A stretch of 64,000 bases of DNA, taken from NCBI GenBank assembly GCA_036337435.1, contig JAYZEG010000041.1:32001-96000 (forward strand), read 5' to 3'. Under the pieces are notes generated by a model. That model had not been told where the DNA came from and made no database searches. It saw nothing but the letters and a program-made list of their open reading frames with translations. This document shows positions 47,775 through 57,705 of the stretch, piece after piece. Origin of the DNA: Myxococcota bacterium. GTDB taxonomy: Bacteria > Myxococcota_A > Bradymonadia > UBA7976 > UBA1532. Made by a program: the position numbers and the translations under genes. Every line of letters starts with the position of its first letter. The first letter of the stretch is position 1.

Positions 47775-47981
47775 TTACCTGGACGTGTTGTCCACAGGGT
47801 CCATTGGCTCCGTTATGCCCAGAGTTGGGTCGAAGAGGGGTCGAGAAATGACATACTCCGCAGACAACCACTGAGATAGGTCAATGGATTGGCACCTGAC
47901 ACTGCAAAATGGCCGTGTTTTTTGATTCAGAATTTTGTCGAAGGGTCGATTGCATTGTGGGCACGTTGCCTGGCTGTTCAT
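47775..47981 (-). CDS. yacG: DNA gyrase inhibitor YacG
   Basis: CPQC..RPFCSVRCQSIDLSQW..EYVIS. Confidence 0.9.
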   Translation of the reverse strand: MNSQATCPQCNRPFDKILNQKTRPFCSVRCQSIDLSQWLSAEYVISRPLFDPTLGITEPMDPVDNTSR

Positions 47982-47984
47982 GGT

Positions 47985-48878
47985 CTAGTGATATTTCCTA
48001 TCTTTGTCGACGATCCGGATGTTATTTCGACGACGTTTAATCCGTGACTCAATGATGAGCAAGCGTAATTTGTCTAGAAGCAACCTCGGACGCCAAAGGC
48101 CGGAGACCAAAAGATAGGCCACCAAGATTGACGTGAGCGTCATCAAGCCCTTGAGCCGCCCGACGAAGACAATGTCTAAGGCACCCAAAATAGCCAGAAC
48201 CCAGATGAGCGTTCTCGCTTCAATATTGAGGATTGCAAGCCGGGTTCGGGCAAACATCAGACACCATACGGTCAAAAAGGCATAGATCAGTGGCGTCGTA
48301 CCATGGACAATCGCACTACTGCGTCCGGCTATTGACGTAAAACTCCCAGGAAAAGAAACCGCAATGAGCGCCCCCACGCTATTTACGCAGGCGACCACGA
48401 TAAAGCTGAAGAAGAGAAGACGCTTTTCACCCCACCGGCTCTCCAAGGTGCTGCCAAACCAGAACAGCGCAATAATCGCCGATAGTAAGCCCGAGCCCAC
48501 ACCTTTGCCTAGGGCTGTATCTAGCCCATACACAATCAAGAAACCGGTCAGCACAGCACCGATTAACGGACCGCGCGCCCGGTACCAAATCTGTTTTACG
48601 TAAGGCCAAAGAAAATAGCAGATCAGTCCGAGCAAGAAGAGCAGCCCAAAGAGCGAACTCCGCGCGACAACGAAGGTATTGGCAACCAGTGAAATGAAGC
48701 TAAATTGCGACGTCTCGTCAATGACCAGAGTGGCACGCATGTCGGGCATCAAGGCGTGAACGACCGTCGCCAGAATCGTGAGAATGCAGAGGATGATGGT
48801 CCCAGTGCCAACAGAGATGCCAGCAAGACCGGCGTTCCGGTTTCGACTCCCCATTCGATATCTCGGTGTTCGCGCCAT
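47985..48878 (-). CDS. Rhomboid-like membrane protein, probably inactive
   Basis: LFWFGSTLESRWGEKR motif; multiple TMs; basic tail; no GxSG or catalytic His. Confidence 0.65.
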   Translation of the reverse strand: MARTPRYRMGSRNRNAGLAGISVGTGTIILCILTILATVVHALMPDMRATLVIDETSQFSFISLVANTFVVARSSLFGLLFLLGLICYFLWPYVKQIWYRARGPLIGAVLTGFLIVYGLDTALGKGVGSGLLSAIIALFWFGSTLESRWGEKRLLFFSFIVVACVNSVGALIAVSFPGSFTSIAGRSSAIVHGTTPLIYAFLTVWCLMFARTRLAILNIEARTLIWVLAILGALDIVFVGRLKGLMTLTSILVAYLLVSGLWRPRLLLDKLRLLIIESRIKRRRNNIRIVDKDRKYH

Positions 48879-49185
48879 GATATGTATCTCTTCTGCTCGT
48901 CATCGTCGTCAGCTCTATACGATGATCTACCGAGCCTAGGCGTGGCAGTCAAATATCCGATGCATGACACTATTGGACTCGGCCACGAACTTCGATAAGC
49001 TTCGGCGCCGAAGAGTATCTTTTGAATGGATTCGAGAATCAGTTTTGCCTTTCGCAACCTGCCATGACTGCAACATCACCATGAACCTGCCGCATGATGA
49101 AGACATCGATTTGATCTGCGAGCGAGGTGGTGGGGGAATGACTTGGCTGACTCGGCCTAATCCAAGTCCTCAAGAGCAGGTAAAT

Positions 49186-49593
49186 ATGCCGAGCCAGGAT
49201 TTGGATGACAATGAGCACACCCTCCACATGACAGACTCAAATCACGGTCGTCATTCCCAAGGGAGACCGGCCAGGCAAGGCCGAGTATCTGCTCCAAAAG
49301 ATGTCGGGACGAGGCCTTTAATCGATCCACCTTTGCCCACACGGGGATCGGACTCCAATTCAATGGGTGAGTCGAACACCGATCCCGTGCTCAGCAAGCC
49401 TGTGCCACCCGTTCCAAAGCTCTCCAGCCCAACGCATATTGAGCCCAAGCGCGTTCCCCGCCAACAGATGGTCGCAGCCCCGATGAGTCGAAATGACAAG
49501 GAGCCAAACGGGCTCACGTCGATTCAACTCGCATTCCTGATCATCACTGCTGCAATCATCGGGGCCGTCACTGCCTGGTTCATCCCTGGTTAA
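49186..49593 (+). CDS. Pro-rich tail-anchored hypothetical protein
   Basis: AGGT before ATG 49186; disordered body with one C-terminal TM. Confidence 0.6.
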   Translation: MPSQDLDDNEHTLHMTDSNHGRHSQGRPARQGRVSAPKDVGTRPLIDPPLPTRGSDSNSMGESNTDPVLSKPVPPVPKLSSPTHIEPKRVPRQQMVAAPMSRNDKEPNGLTSIQLAFLIITAAIIGAVTAWFIPG

Positions 49594-50080
49594 TTGCAGT
49601 CTTTGGCGTAATCACGTCTTCCAGTGCCCAAACGCGAGCCTGCCCAATGTCTGACCAACATTCGAGGTCAGCACTGAGCACTGCGACATAGGCTGTTTTG
49701 AGTTCAACCATTGTTCCGCTCAAAACGCTGCACGCGATACTGAATCCTGGGTTGTGACCGATAACCAGAACAGATTTAACCGAATCGGGAACCTGACGAA
49801 CCAGTTGGCAAATATCATCGAGTTCGCCGCCGTAGAGCCCCTGATGGAAACTGACTTGTGGTGACCCCATGTACGGAGACAAACAAAACCATGTTTCACT
49901 GGTTCGAGCCGAATCGCTCACGAAAACCCGTTCTGCTTGATGGCCGAGACTTTTCAAGCAAAGGCCTACATGTGGTGCCGCTTTACGGCCACGAGCGTTG
50001 AGTGGTCGTTCATGATCAGAGAGTGCGCTGTTATCCCAGGAACTCTTGGCATGCCGCATAATCATTAATGTTCGTCTCAT
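49580..50080 (-). CDS. sixA: Phosphohistidine phosphatase SixA family
   Basis: MRHAKS, DHERPLNARG, S.SART.ET, VIGHNPG. Confidence 0.88.
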   Translation of the reverse strand: MRRTLMIMRHAKSSWDNSALSDHERPLNARGRKAAPHVGLCLKSLGHQAERVFVSDSARTSETWFCLSPYMGSPQVSFHQGLYGGELDDICQLVRQVPDSVKSVLVIGHNPGFSIACSVLSGTMVELKTAYVAVLSADLECWSDIGQARVWALEDVITPKTAINQG

Positions 50081-50212
50081 ACGTTGCTCTCATGACCGTT
50101 CACCGCCTGCTTTCGACGGATGGCTGAATGAAATGTCAGAGTCTCGATGGACATCTTGACTTACAGTTGCGGAGACCCCATGTTTGGCCACAAATGGGCG
50201 GAGCATTGATTT

Positions 50213-51112
50213 ATGTCAGCTACAAAATGGGCTCTTTGCCTCGGTATTATCTTTGCGCAGACTGGATGTATCAAGTCAATGGCCATCAACAGTCTTGCCG
50301 ACGCACTGGGCAACGGGGGCGGTTCCTTTGCGCAAGACGATGACCCTGAGTTTGTTGGTCAGGCGTCAGCATTCGGTTTGAAGACAATCGAATCTCTCAT
50401 CGATGCGAGCCCCGATCATCCCAAGCTCCTCGTTGCGGCAACCCGTGGGTTTACACAATATGCCTATGCGTATTTGCAAACCGAAGCCGACTACAGGGAA
50501 GAGGCCGATTATACGTCTGCCCAACGTCTTCGATATCGTGCCTGGCGGATGTACCGTCGTGCCCGTGGCTACGGTGTTCACGCCATAGAGAACTTAATCG
50601 AGTCAAAATTTACAGCCCTTGGGCACAAGCCGGGTTTAATGGCGCGTTTTCGGGTCGAACATGTCGATCTGCTCTACTGGACCGCGGCCGCGAGTGCGGC
50701 AGCCGTTGCAGTGAACAAAGAGGATTCTGAATTGGCAGCAGACCTCGATCTCGTTGAAAAACTGATTCAGCGTGCCATCCAGCTGAAGCCAAATTATCAA
50801 GCGGGTGCGCTCTACGATTTCATGATTTCATGGGAGGGTGGGCGTCCAGCGGCGGCCGGTGGGTCAATGGAGCGAGCGACTGATTTTTATCACAAGGCAC
50901 TCGAGTGCGCGGCAGGGCGAAGGCTCGCGCCCAGACTCGCTTATGCTGAATCTGTTTTGCTCAAGCAGCAGAATAAGTTGAAATTTGTTGAATTACTCAA
51001 GAACATCATCGTCTTCGACGTCCATCAACATCCAGAATTTCGCCTTGCGAATTTGATTGCGCAAAAACGCGCTCAATGGTTACTGACTCAAGTCGACGAT
51101 TTGTTTCTATAA
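50213..51112 (+). CDS. TRAP transporter T-component (TatT) lipoprotein
   Basis: Lipobox QTG-C; DDPEFV..LKT.ESL; TPR-like helices; first gene of the TRAP operon. Confidence 0.85.
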   Translation: MSATKWALCLGIIFAQTGCIKSMAINSLADALGNGGGSFAQDDDPEFVGQASAFGLKTIESLIDASPDHPKLLVAATRGFTQYAYAYLQTEADYREEADYTSAQRLRYRAWRMYRRARGYGVHAIENLIESKFTALGHKPGLMARFRVEHVDLLYWTAAASAAAVAVNKEDSELAADLDLVEKLIQRAIQLKPNYQAGALYDFMISWEGGRPAAAGGSMERATDFYHKALECAAGRRLAPRLAYAESVLLKQQNKLKFVELLKNIIVFDVHQHPEFRLANLIAQKRAQWLLTQVDDLFL

Positions 51113-51132
51113 ACTCACGAAAGGGCCATACC

Positions 51133-52140
51133 ATGCTCTGGCGTTCTTTTTTACTGGCTCTCGCTTACCTCCTGACTGCGAGCCCCTTCGTTTATGCAAA
51201 GAAAACGAAAATCAAGATGGCCACGATGGCACCGAAGGGCTCCGCGTTCTACAACATCATTAAGGAAATGGGGAACGAATGGAAGGCTGCGTCCGACAAC
51301 CAAGTTCGGCTTAAAATCTATCCTGGCGGTGTTGCTGGAAGCGATGGGGATGTCGTTCGGAAAATCAAACTTGGAACTGTGAATGCGGGCATGATCACAT
51401 CGGCTGGTCTGGCGGCAATTCACAAGGCTGTTAATGTGTTTCAAATGCCAGCCACGTTTAAGTCGCCTGCTGAACTAGACTACGCTGTAAGCCAGTTGGG
51501 CCCACAAGTGGCGGCTATTTACGAGCAACATGGCATCGTGATTCTTAGCTGGGGGGAAGCCGGTTGGATTCGATTTTTGTCAAAAACGCCTATGGGACCT
51601 CCATCGGAGCGTGCCAAGCAGAAAATGTTCATAGTCGCAGGTAATTCGGTTCAGACTGGCCTCTGGCAGTCTGCAGGCTTTAACGTCGTACCGCTGCCGG
51701 TCACAGAGATTTCAACTGGCCTTCAAACCGGCCTGATTACCGCCGTTCCGTCGACTGCGCAGACCGCACTTATGTTTCAATGGTATCAGCATGCGCCACA
51801 TTTCATGTCATTGGCCTGGGCGCCGATGATGGGGGCTATCGTCGTTGACAAAAAGGTCTGGGAACGAATTGAACCTGGCATGCGTCAACGCCTCAAGTCC
51901 ATCGCTGAAAACTATGGACGTAAACTCCTTGCGCACGTTCGACCAGGAGAAGCGAAAGCCATTGAGGCGATGAAGAAACGGGGCTTGGTTCTCGACACGA
52001 CTCCACCTGAGGTCGAGGCCCAATGGCGGAAATTGGCCATCGACTCCAAGGCGTCTCTTCGCGGCCCATACGTGCCTGAAGATCTGTTTGACCTTGTCCG
52101 AGGACACCTCGATACGTATCGGAAGAATCAAGCAAATTAG
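51133..52140 (+). CDS. dctP: TRAP solute-binding protein DctP
   Basis: IKMATMAPKGS, LKIYPGGVAG, GLQTGLI. Confidence 0.9.
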   Translation: MLWRSFLLALAYLLTASPFVYAKKTKIKMATMAPKGSAFYNIIKEMGNEWKAASDNQVRLKIYPGGVAGSDGDVVRKIKLGTVNAGMITSAGLAAIHKAVNVFQMPATFKSPAELDYAVSQLGPQVAAIYEQHGIVILSWGEAGWIRFLSKTPMGPPSERAKQKMFIVAGNSVQTGLWQSAGFNVVPLPVTEISTGLQTGLITAVPSTAQTALMFQWYQHAPHFMSLAWAPMMGAIVVDKKVWERIEPGMRQRLKSIAENYGRKLLAHVRPGEAKAIEAMKKRGLVLDTTPPEVEAQWRKLAIDSKASLRGPYVPEDLFDLVRGHLDTYRKNQAN

Positions 52141-52155
52141 AAGCGGCACCTAGCT

Positions 52156-54048
52156 ATGTCATCTACTCTGTCCCGTCCCACGGGTTCATCTGTTGTTCCT
52201 TGGTATCAACGGCTCGAAAATGGGTTCATGGTCGCGGTTTTCGGCGCAACCATCATTCTTCCTTTGATCAATGCCATCGGTCGGCCCTTCAACTTCGCAT
52301 TCGAGGGCCATTCCGATTACATGAGGCACCTCATTCTTTGGTTGTCGTTTCTTGGTGGGCTATTGGCAACCAGAAGCCGAAAACACTTATGCTTTTCGAC
52401 GGCGGAATTTCTTAAGAACCATCCCGTGGGTGCGCCACTCAATGTTTTGGCAATGGGCATTGCGGCTGCCATTAGTCTAATCATGGCTCAATCCAGTTGG
52501 CTTGTTGTCAAGGCCAACCGTCAAATGGCCGAGAGCCGGTCGGCGGTTGATGTCCTCCCCTTCGGAATCCCGGATTGGCTCAGCGAATCCATCATGCCTG
52601 TGGCCCTCGCGCTGATCGCGCTTCGATTTATTTGGCAGGCTCACCCCCGAATTTACGGCCAAGTTATCGCGGCCCTCATCGCTTGGGGTGGGTACACACT
52701 TATTGAACATCCCGACCTCATTGAGCAGTGGATTTGGTTTGCCAGTGGTGTGGTTTTAGTCTCCGCTGTTCTCGGTGCGCCCGTCTTCACGGCTATGGCC
52801 GGGTTGGCGGTCTTATTTTACCTGGCCGATGGCACGCCGGTGTCCGCTGTATCCGCCGAGGTCTACAAGCTGATTGCATCACCCACAATCCCGGCCATCC
52901 CACTCTTGACTGCGTGTGGCTGTATCCTTGCGGAGACGCGCGCAGCGGAAAGGTTGGTGGCTTTTTTCAAAGCTTTAGTCGGATGGCTACCCGGCGGGAT
53001 CGCTGTTCTCGTCGCCGGTGTCTGCGCCATCTTCACGACCTTTACTGGTGGTTCAGGCGTTACAATTATCGCCCTTGGTGGGCTCGCCTATGGCATGCTC
53101 AGAGAAAGCCAATATGAAGACGGTTTTGCCCTCGGTCATGTGACGGCATCGAGCAGCTTAGGACTGCTTTTTCCGCCCAGTCTACCTGTGATAATTTATG
53201 CGGTTGTCGTTTCGGGAGGCCCCACGGCAATGGGCATGGGTGACGGCCCGAGTGCCGCAGTTGCTGCAGAAGACCTCTACATAGCTGGCTTATTGCCCGG
53301 GTTGTTGATGGCTCTCGTAGTCGCAGGGTATGGGCTGGCCATTGGTCGCCGCGTTGAGACCGAACGCATTGCGTTCGACTGGCAAACATTAATGACCGCA
53401 ACTTGGGCTGCGAAATGGGAATTATCGGTCCCCGTGATCGTCATTGGATTGTTTGCGAGTGGCTTGGTGTCAATGGTAGAAGCGGCTGCTTTTGCTGCCG
53501 CCTACGTGGTTGTCGTGCAAGTTTTTGTCACCAAGGACATTCATTTAACACGGCAGTTGCCTGGTGTGCTTGTGCGCACCGGCGTCCTCGTGGGCGCGGT
53601 CTTGATTCTGCTGGCAGCGGCGATGGGGTTATCGGCATTTTGTCTGGTTGAAGCGGAATTACCCGACCTCTTGCTTGAATGGTGCAAGCAGAATATTGAC
53701 TCAAAAGTCATGTTCTTATTGATGCTGAACCTATTGCTTCTCGTTCTTGGCAGCATCATTGAAATTTATTCTGCACTGGTGATCCTGCCACCGATTATTG
53801 CACCCATCGCCCTACAGTTCGGTGTCGACCCAGTTCATTTGGGCATCATCTTTCTTGCCAATCTTGAACTCGGGTTTCTCACACCGCCGGTCGGTTTAAA
53901 CCTATTCTTGTCTTCGGTTCGTTTTGAGCAGCCCATTACCCGCTTGTACAAAGAGATCATCCCGTACCTCTTCTTGTTGTTGGCCACGGTAATGATCATC
54001 ACCTATGTACCCTCTATCTCTATTGGATTCTTATCCCTCTTCAAGTGA
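52156..54048 (+). CDS. TRAP transporter fused small and large permease (DctQM)
   Basis: N-terminal DctQ-like TMs; FTGGSG, GLLFPPS, GFLTPPVGLNLF. Confidence 0.92.
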   Translation: MSSTLSRPTGSSVVPWYQRLENGFMVAVFGATIILPLINAIGRPFNFAFEGHSDYMRHLILWLSFLGGLLATRSRKHLCFSTAEFLKNHPVGAPLNVLAMGIAAAISLIMAQSSWLVVKANRQMAESRSAVDVLPFGIPDWLSESIMPVALALIALRFIWQAHPRIYGQVIAALIAWGGYTLIEHPDLIEQWIWFASGVVLVSAVLGAPVFTAMAGLAVLFYLADGTPVSAVSAEVYKLIASPTIPAIPLLTACGCILAETRAAERLVAFFKALVGWLPGGIAVLVAGVCAIFTTFTGGSGVTIIALGGLAYGMLRESQYEDGFALGHVTASSSLGLLFPPSLPVIIYAVVVSGGPTAMGMGDGPSAAVAAEDLYIAGLLPGLLMALVVAGYGLAIGRRVETERIAFDWQTLMTATWAAKWELSVPVIVIGLFASGLVSMVEAAAFAAAYVVVVQVFVTKDIHLTRQLPGVLVRTGVLVGAVLILLAAAMGLSAFCLVEAELPDLLLEWCKQNIDSKVMFLLMLNLLLLVLGSIIEIYSALVILPPIIAPIALQFGVDPVHLGIIFLANLELGFLTPPVGLNLFLSSVRFEQPITRLYKEIIPYLFLLLATVMIITYVPSISIGFLSLFK

Positions 54049-54062
54049 ATCGAGGTTCCACC

Positions 54063-54410
54063 ATGACTTGGACGATTTGGCACAATCCACGTTGTCGCAA
54101 ATCCCGCGAAACGTTAGCCCTACTCGAGGACAATGGCATCACGCCAACGGTGCGTCTCTATTTGAAGGACACCCCATCAGAAGACGAAATTAGAATTGTC
54201 CTTGGCTACCTCGACAAGCCAGCCAAGGCACTGGTCCGACTCAAAGATCCCATCGCAAGGGAACTCAACTTAAAAGATTTACCCGATGAATCTGACAAAT
54301 GCGTGCATGCGATGGCGGCCCATCCGGCGCTGATTGAAAGGCCTGTTGTCATTCGGGACCATCGTGCCGTGTTGGGCCGTCCTCCGGACGCGGTACTTGA
54401 ACTGCTATAA
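54063..54410 (+). CDS. arsC: Arsenate reductase (glutaredoxin-type ArsC family)
   Basis: HNPRCRKSR, YL, LIERP, GRPP. Confidence 0.88.
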   Translation: MTWTIWHNPRCRKSRETLALLEDNGITPTVRLYLKDTPSEDEIRIVLGYLDKPAKALVRLKDPIARELNLKDLPDESDKCVHAMAAHPALIERPVVIRDHRAVLGRPPDAVLELL

Positions 54411-55607
54411 GTCGATAACCTTCACGTCCAGAACAGCGTCTATCCCTCGCAGTCGGTCTGCGAGCTCATCGGAGATACAACCATTGACGTTGATATGCGC
54501 ACACGCGGCGGCCTCGTCGCCCGAATAAATAAGATTTTTCATCTTTTGGACGTTAAGGTTGGCCTCTTTCAGGTAGCCCAGCAAGTTAGCCAGCACACCC
54601 ACTCGGTCGAGATGGCGAATGACCAGGCGGCCTTTTGCAGACCCCAATGTTTTCATGTTTACGCAGTTTTCAACCTCGCCCGTTCTCACCCAGTTGAGAA
54701 TCGTTTTGCATGCGGCTTCGGCGACGGCGGTTTGTGCTTGCTCAGTTGATGCACCAATGTGATGCGTTCCATAAACACCGTCCATCATGGCTAATTGATT
54801 CGACCACGGACCATCCACCGCTGGTTCATCACAGAAAACGTCCAGACCAGCTCTAAACCCCCGAGTCGAAATCGCGTCTTTGAGTGCGTCTTCGTCGACA
54901 ATGCCGCCCCTCGATGTATTGACCACGATCGCGTTGTCAGGCAGGGCAGCCAAGATGTCAGCATCGATGAGATTTGTCGTCGACGGCATTTTGGGAACAT
55001 GAACCGTGAGGATGGAGACGGACTGGGCTAAGTCCATAACACTGTCGCTGCGTTGCACGCCGAGCACAGCGGCCAATTCGTCGTCGAGTTCTGGTGCATA
55101 ACAAGCGACGGTCATTTCGAAGGCTTTAGCGCGCTTGATGACTTCCCTTGCAATGGCGCCGCAGCCGATGACTCCAATGGTTCGGCCTGCCAAGCCTTGA
55201 GCTTTGGAAAAGTGTTTTTTCCTCCAGACACCTTGCTGGAGTTCGGCAACATTGTCAGCGATCCGCCGGTCAGCGTTTAAGATGTGACCGAGTGTTAATT
55301 CGGCCACAGCAATGGCGTTCTTTCCTGGACAATTTGCGACCGATACGGCGTGTTGGGAGGCTGCATTTAAGTCGATGGTGTTCACGCCAGCACCGGCCCG
55401 CACGATCAACTGGAGTGATTTTGCTGATCCGATGTGCTGAGACGTTATTTTTGTCGAGCGAACGATCACCGAATCTGGTTGGAACTCTATCAATGTCCTG
55501 AGTAAAGCGTCGTCTTTTAGGCTTGGCTCATAGAGGACCGATGCGCCGGCCCCTTCAAGACGTTCAGCGATAAACGATGGAAGTTTGTCCGCTATCAAAA
55601 CCTTCAT
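54405..55607 (-). CDS. serA: D-3-phosphoglycerate dehydrogenase-like 2-hydroxyacid dehydrogenase with ACT domain
   Basis: RAGAGVNTID, NAIAVAEL, GCGAIA, NTSRG, HIGASTEQAQ; C-terminal ACT-like HLDRVGVLA. Confidence 0.78.
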   Translation of the reverse strand: MKVLIADKLPSFIAERLEGAGASVLYEPSLKDDALLRTLIEFQPDSVIVRSTKITSQHIGSAKSLQLIVRAGAGVNTIDLNAASQHAVSVANCPGKNAIAVAELTLGHILNADRRIADNVAELQQGVWRKKHFSKAQGLAGRTIGVIGCGAIAREVIKRAKAFEMTVACYAPELDDELAAVLGVQRSDSVMDLAQSVSILTVHVPKMPSTTNLIDADILAALPDNAIVVNTSRGGIVDEDALKDAISTRGFRAGLDVFCDEPAVDGPWSNQLAMMDGVYGTHHIGASTEQAQTAVAEAACKTILNWVRTGEVENCVNMKTLGSAKGRLVIRHLDRVGVLANLLGYLKEANLNVQKMKNLIYSGDEAAACAHINVNGCISDELADRLRGIDAVLDVKVIDL

Positions 55608-55652
55608 GAGTTCGATCTCCCCAGCGTCAATGTGGGTCTGTTGACATTCTCA

Positions 55653-56336
55653 TTATGAGTATCGGTCATTTCGCCACGGATACGCTGTATTAGAATAACC
55701 TCGAGTTTCCCAATAACCCAAGCGATCCTCGGTCATAAATTCAATTCTTTGGATCCACTTGGCGCCCTTCCAGGCGTATAATTGTGGGGTGACCACTCGG
55801 ACGGGCCCCCCGTGTTCCCGTGTGAGTGGTTGGCCGTCAACCTGGTGAACCAGTAGGACATCGTCTTTAAGGGCCTCACTCAGTGGTAAGTTTGTCGTGT
55901 ATCCATCATAGGCATGACACATCATATAACACGCCGATGGAAGCGGTTCGGCCAATGCAGCGATGGTGCTGAGGCGAACGCCCGTGAAATTGAGGTCAAA
56001 CCGACTCCAAGTCGTGACGCAATGGAAATCTTGAACGTCCGTTACGTGCTCCAGCCTCATTAAGTCTGCCCACCTAATCGAGCATGCTTTTTGCACCGCT
56101 CCGTCCAGGGTAAGACACCACTCGTCCTCATTGATTTCCGGGTGTATGCCCAAGTCGAGAACCGGCCATTTCCGCGTTTCAAATTGGTCGATTGGCAATC
56201 GGGGCATGCCGTGACGATTAAGTGGACCGCTGCCCATAGGCTCTGGATCGCTCACGGATGGACTGGACTTCATTTTCGATAGAAATCTCTGGCGTAATCG
56301 CAATCGAGCCTGCGTGATTTTCTCTTTTTTAGTCAT
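55653..56336 (-). CDS. Sulfite oxidase-like molybdopterin oxidoreductase
   Basis: DFHCVTTWS, GYTTNLPL, EHGGPVR, YAWKGAKW, GYWE.RGY. Confidence 0.9.
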   Translation of the reverse strand: MTKKEKITQARLRLRQRFLSKMKSSPSVSDPEPMGSGPLNRHGMPRLPIDQFETRKWPVLDLGIHPEINEDEWCLTLDGAVQKACSIRWADLMRLEHVTDVQDFHCVTTWSRFDLNFTGVRLSTIAALAEPLPSACYMMCHAYDGYTTNLPLSEALKDDVLLVHQVDGQPLTREHGGPVRVVTPQLYAWKGAKWIQRIEFMTEDRLGYWETRGYSNTAYPWRNDRYS

Positions 56337-56697
56337 GGTCGGAACGGCTCGAATGATTATGAATTGTTCGCCACGAGCACCACATCGATAGAGATGTCTG
56401 AGTCCTCGTCAGCCGGCTCATAACGTCCCTGGTCCATGGGGGCCTCAACGTTGACTGCACGCCTCCAGCGGTGACGCTCATGGGAGTACCCCAAGCAGAG
56501 CTTCTCCGACTCGGCATGGCGATAGCTCGGTTCAAAAACCGCCTGCAAACGTGTCTGAAGTCACCGCAGCGACGGATCAGTTCAAGCCCTCCACAAGGCA
56601 CCGTATGGGTGGACCCATTGTGTGCACCCAGGACATCCCTATTTGCCTTTAGAAAAAAAGTCGCGGTTTCTAAATCAGGACGATTATGGTCGCTCAT
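56329..56697 (-). CDS. Hypothetical protein
   Basis: AGGAGG RBS; stop overlaps the next start (ATGACTAA); no motif recognised. Confidence 0.4.
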   Translation of the reverse strand: MSDHNRPDLETATFFLKANRDVLGAHNGSTHTVPCGGLELIRRCGDFRHVCRRFLNRAIAMPSRRSSAWGTPMSVTAGGVQSTLRPPWTRDVMSRLTRTQTSLSMWCSWRTIHNHSSRSDHD

Positions 56698-56789
56698 TGA
56701 GGCCTCCTAAAGGTACAGTGTCACATTGGAAAAACGGATGCTAGAGCGCAGGCAGTGCGGTCTCACAACGAAACCAGAGAGTGGGATAA

Positions 56790-57692
56790 ATGGCTGACCA
56801 GATTTATCAGTTTCAATACACAGTTCTCATGATCGAGGCGCGGATTTCAGAAGGCGTCCTGACTGCGCGTATGGGTTTGAAACAGCTCCACATTTTAATT
56901 GATTCAATCGAGCATGTCTATTTGGACAATCGGAAGCATCGCGACAGCGTCGAGTTGATTATAAGTTACTACGACAAGCGGAAGACTCTCCGCCGTGCGC
57001 GCTTGTTCTCAGATCATCAAGAAACCGGATTGATGGACCTCTACCATGAGATTCTCGATAGACGACCCAAAGCGGCTCTCGTGATGCTAGAACCAGACGA
57101 TGCTTACCTCGTCCTGGGATCAAAGCCTGCTAAATGGGCAGCCATCCCAAGTGTGATGTTGGTCGCTTTTGTTGCGGTGGCCCTTGCTTGTACCCCACTG
57201 TTTATTCATGGCACTGATGATGGATTATTCGACGCGCATATCGATGCGTTTAGAACGGAGCAAGCCCCGTCGAGCCGTAATCTGAAGATTCAGGGTGCCA
57301 AGCTTCTCTTTGATTTAAATGTGACTGAGAAACACGGTGTCGGCGATGACCCGGCAATGCTCACGACGTGGGTTCCAATGGTTCCCCCGACATGGGTCGA
57401 CGGCCAACCGGTCGACGTTATCCTCCAGTTCAGAATGAGGGAACTGGATGCGATTCAGAAATCGGATTCGGTGGAAGGTGTGCTGCGCAATGTGTGGTGG
57501 GAGGGGCCGAGTGGCCGTTTGAAGAGGCTTTTTCGTGAGAAGGGGGTTGAGCTGTCGGAGACAGCCTGGCTCATCGAGGCCAATGTCCACGGTCGAGACG
57601 ATTTTAAGTTGGCCATCTTGATTCTGAGTGTTCTCGCGGTTCCGCTCATCGGCGTCACGCTCACCCTTCGATCGAGGTCACGTCTATCATAG
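56790..57692 (+). CDS. Two-TM hypothetical membrane protein
   Basis: 300-aa ORF: soluble N-domain, TM, external domain, TM. Confidence 0.7.
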   Translation: MADQIYQFQYTVLMIEARISEGVLTARMGLKQLHILIDSIEHVYLDNRKHRDSVELIISYYDKRKTLRRARLFSDHQETGLMDLYHEILDRRPKAALVMLEPDDAYLVLGSKPAKWAAIPSVMLVAFVAVALACTPLFIHGTDDGLFDAHIDAFRTEQAPSSRNLKIQGAKLLFDLNVTEKHGVGDDPAMLTTWVPMVPPTWVDGQPVDVILQFRMRELDAIQKSDSVEGVLRNVWWEGPSGRLKRLFREKGVELSETAWLIEANVHGRDDFKLAILILSVLAVPLIGVTLTLRSRSRLS

Positions 57693-57705
57693 GTGCCTTA
57701 GCACT

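Noticed and set aside
48964..49185. Upstream extension of the Pro-rich tail-anchored ORF
   Set aside because: No RBS at 48964; the stretch more likely holds divergent promoters, so ATG 49186 is preferred
56329..56697. MoaD/ThiS, MsrA or selenoprotein identity for the ORF next to the molybdo-enzyme
   Set aside because: No C-terminal GG, no GCFW motif, and the TGA codons in alternative frames lack a redox-motif context
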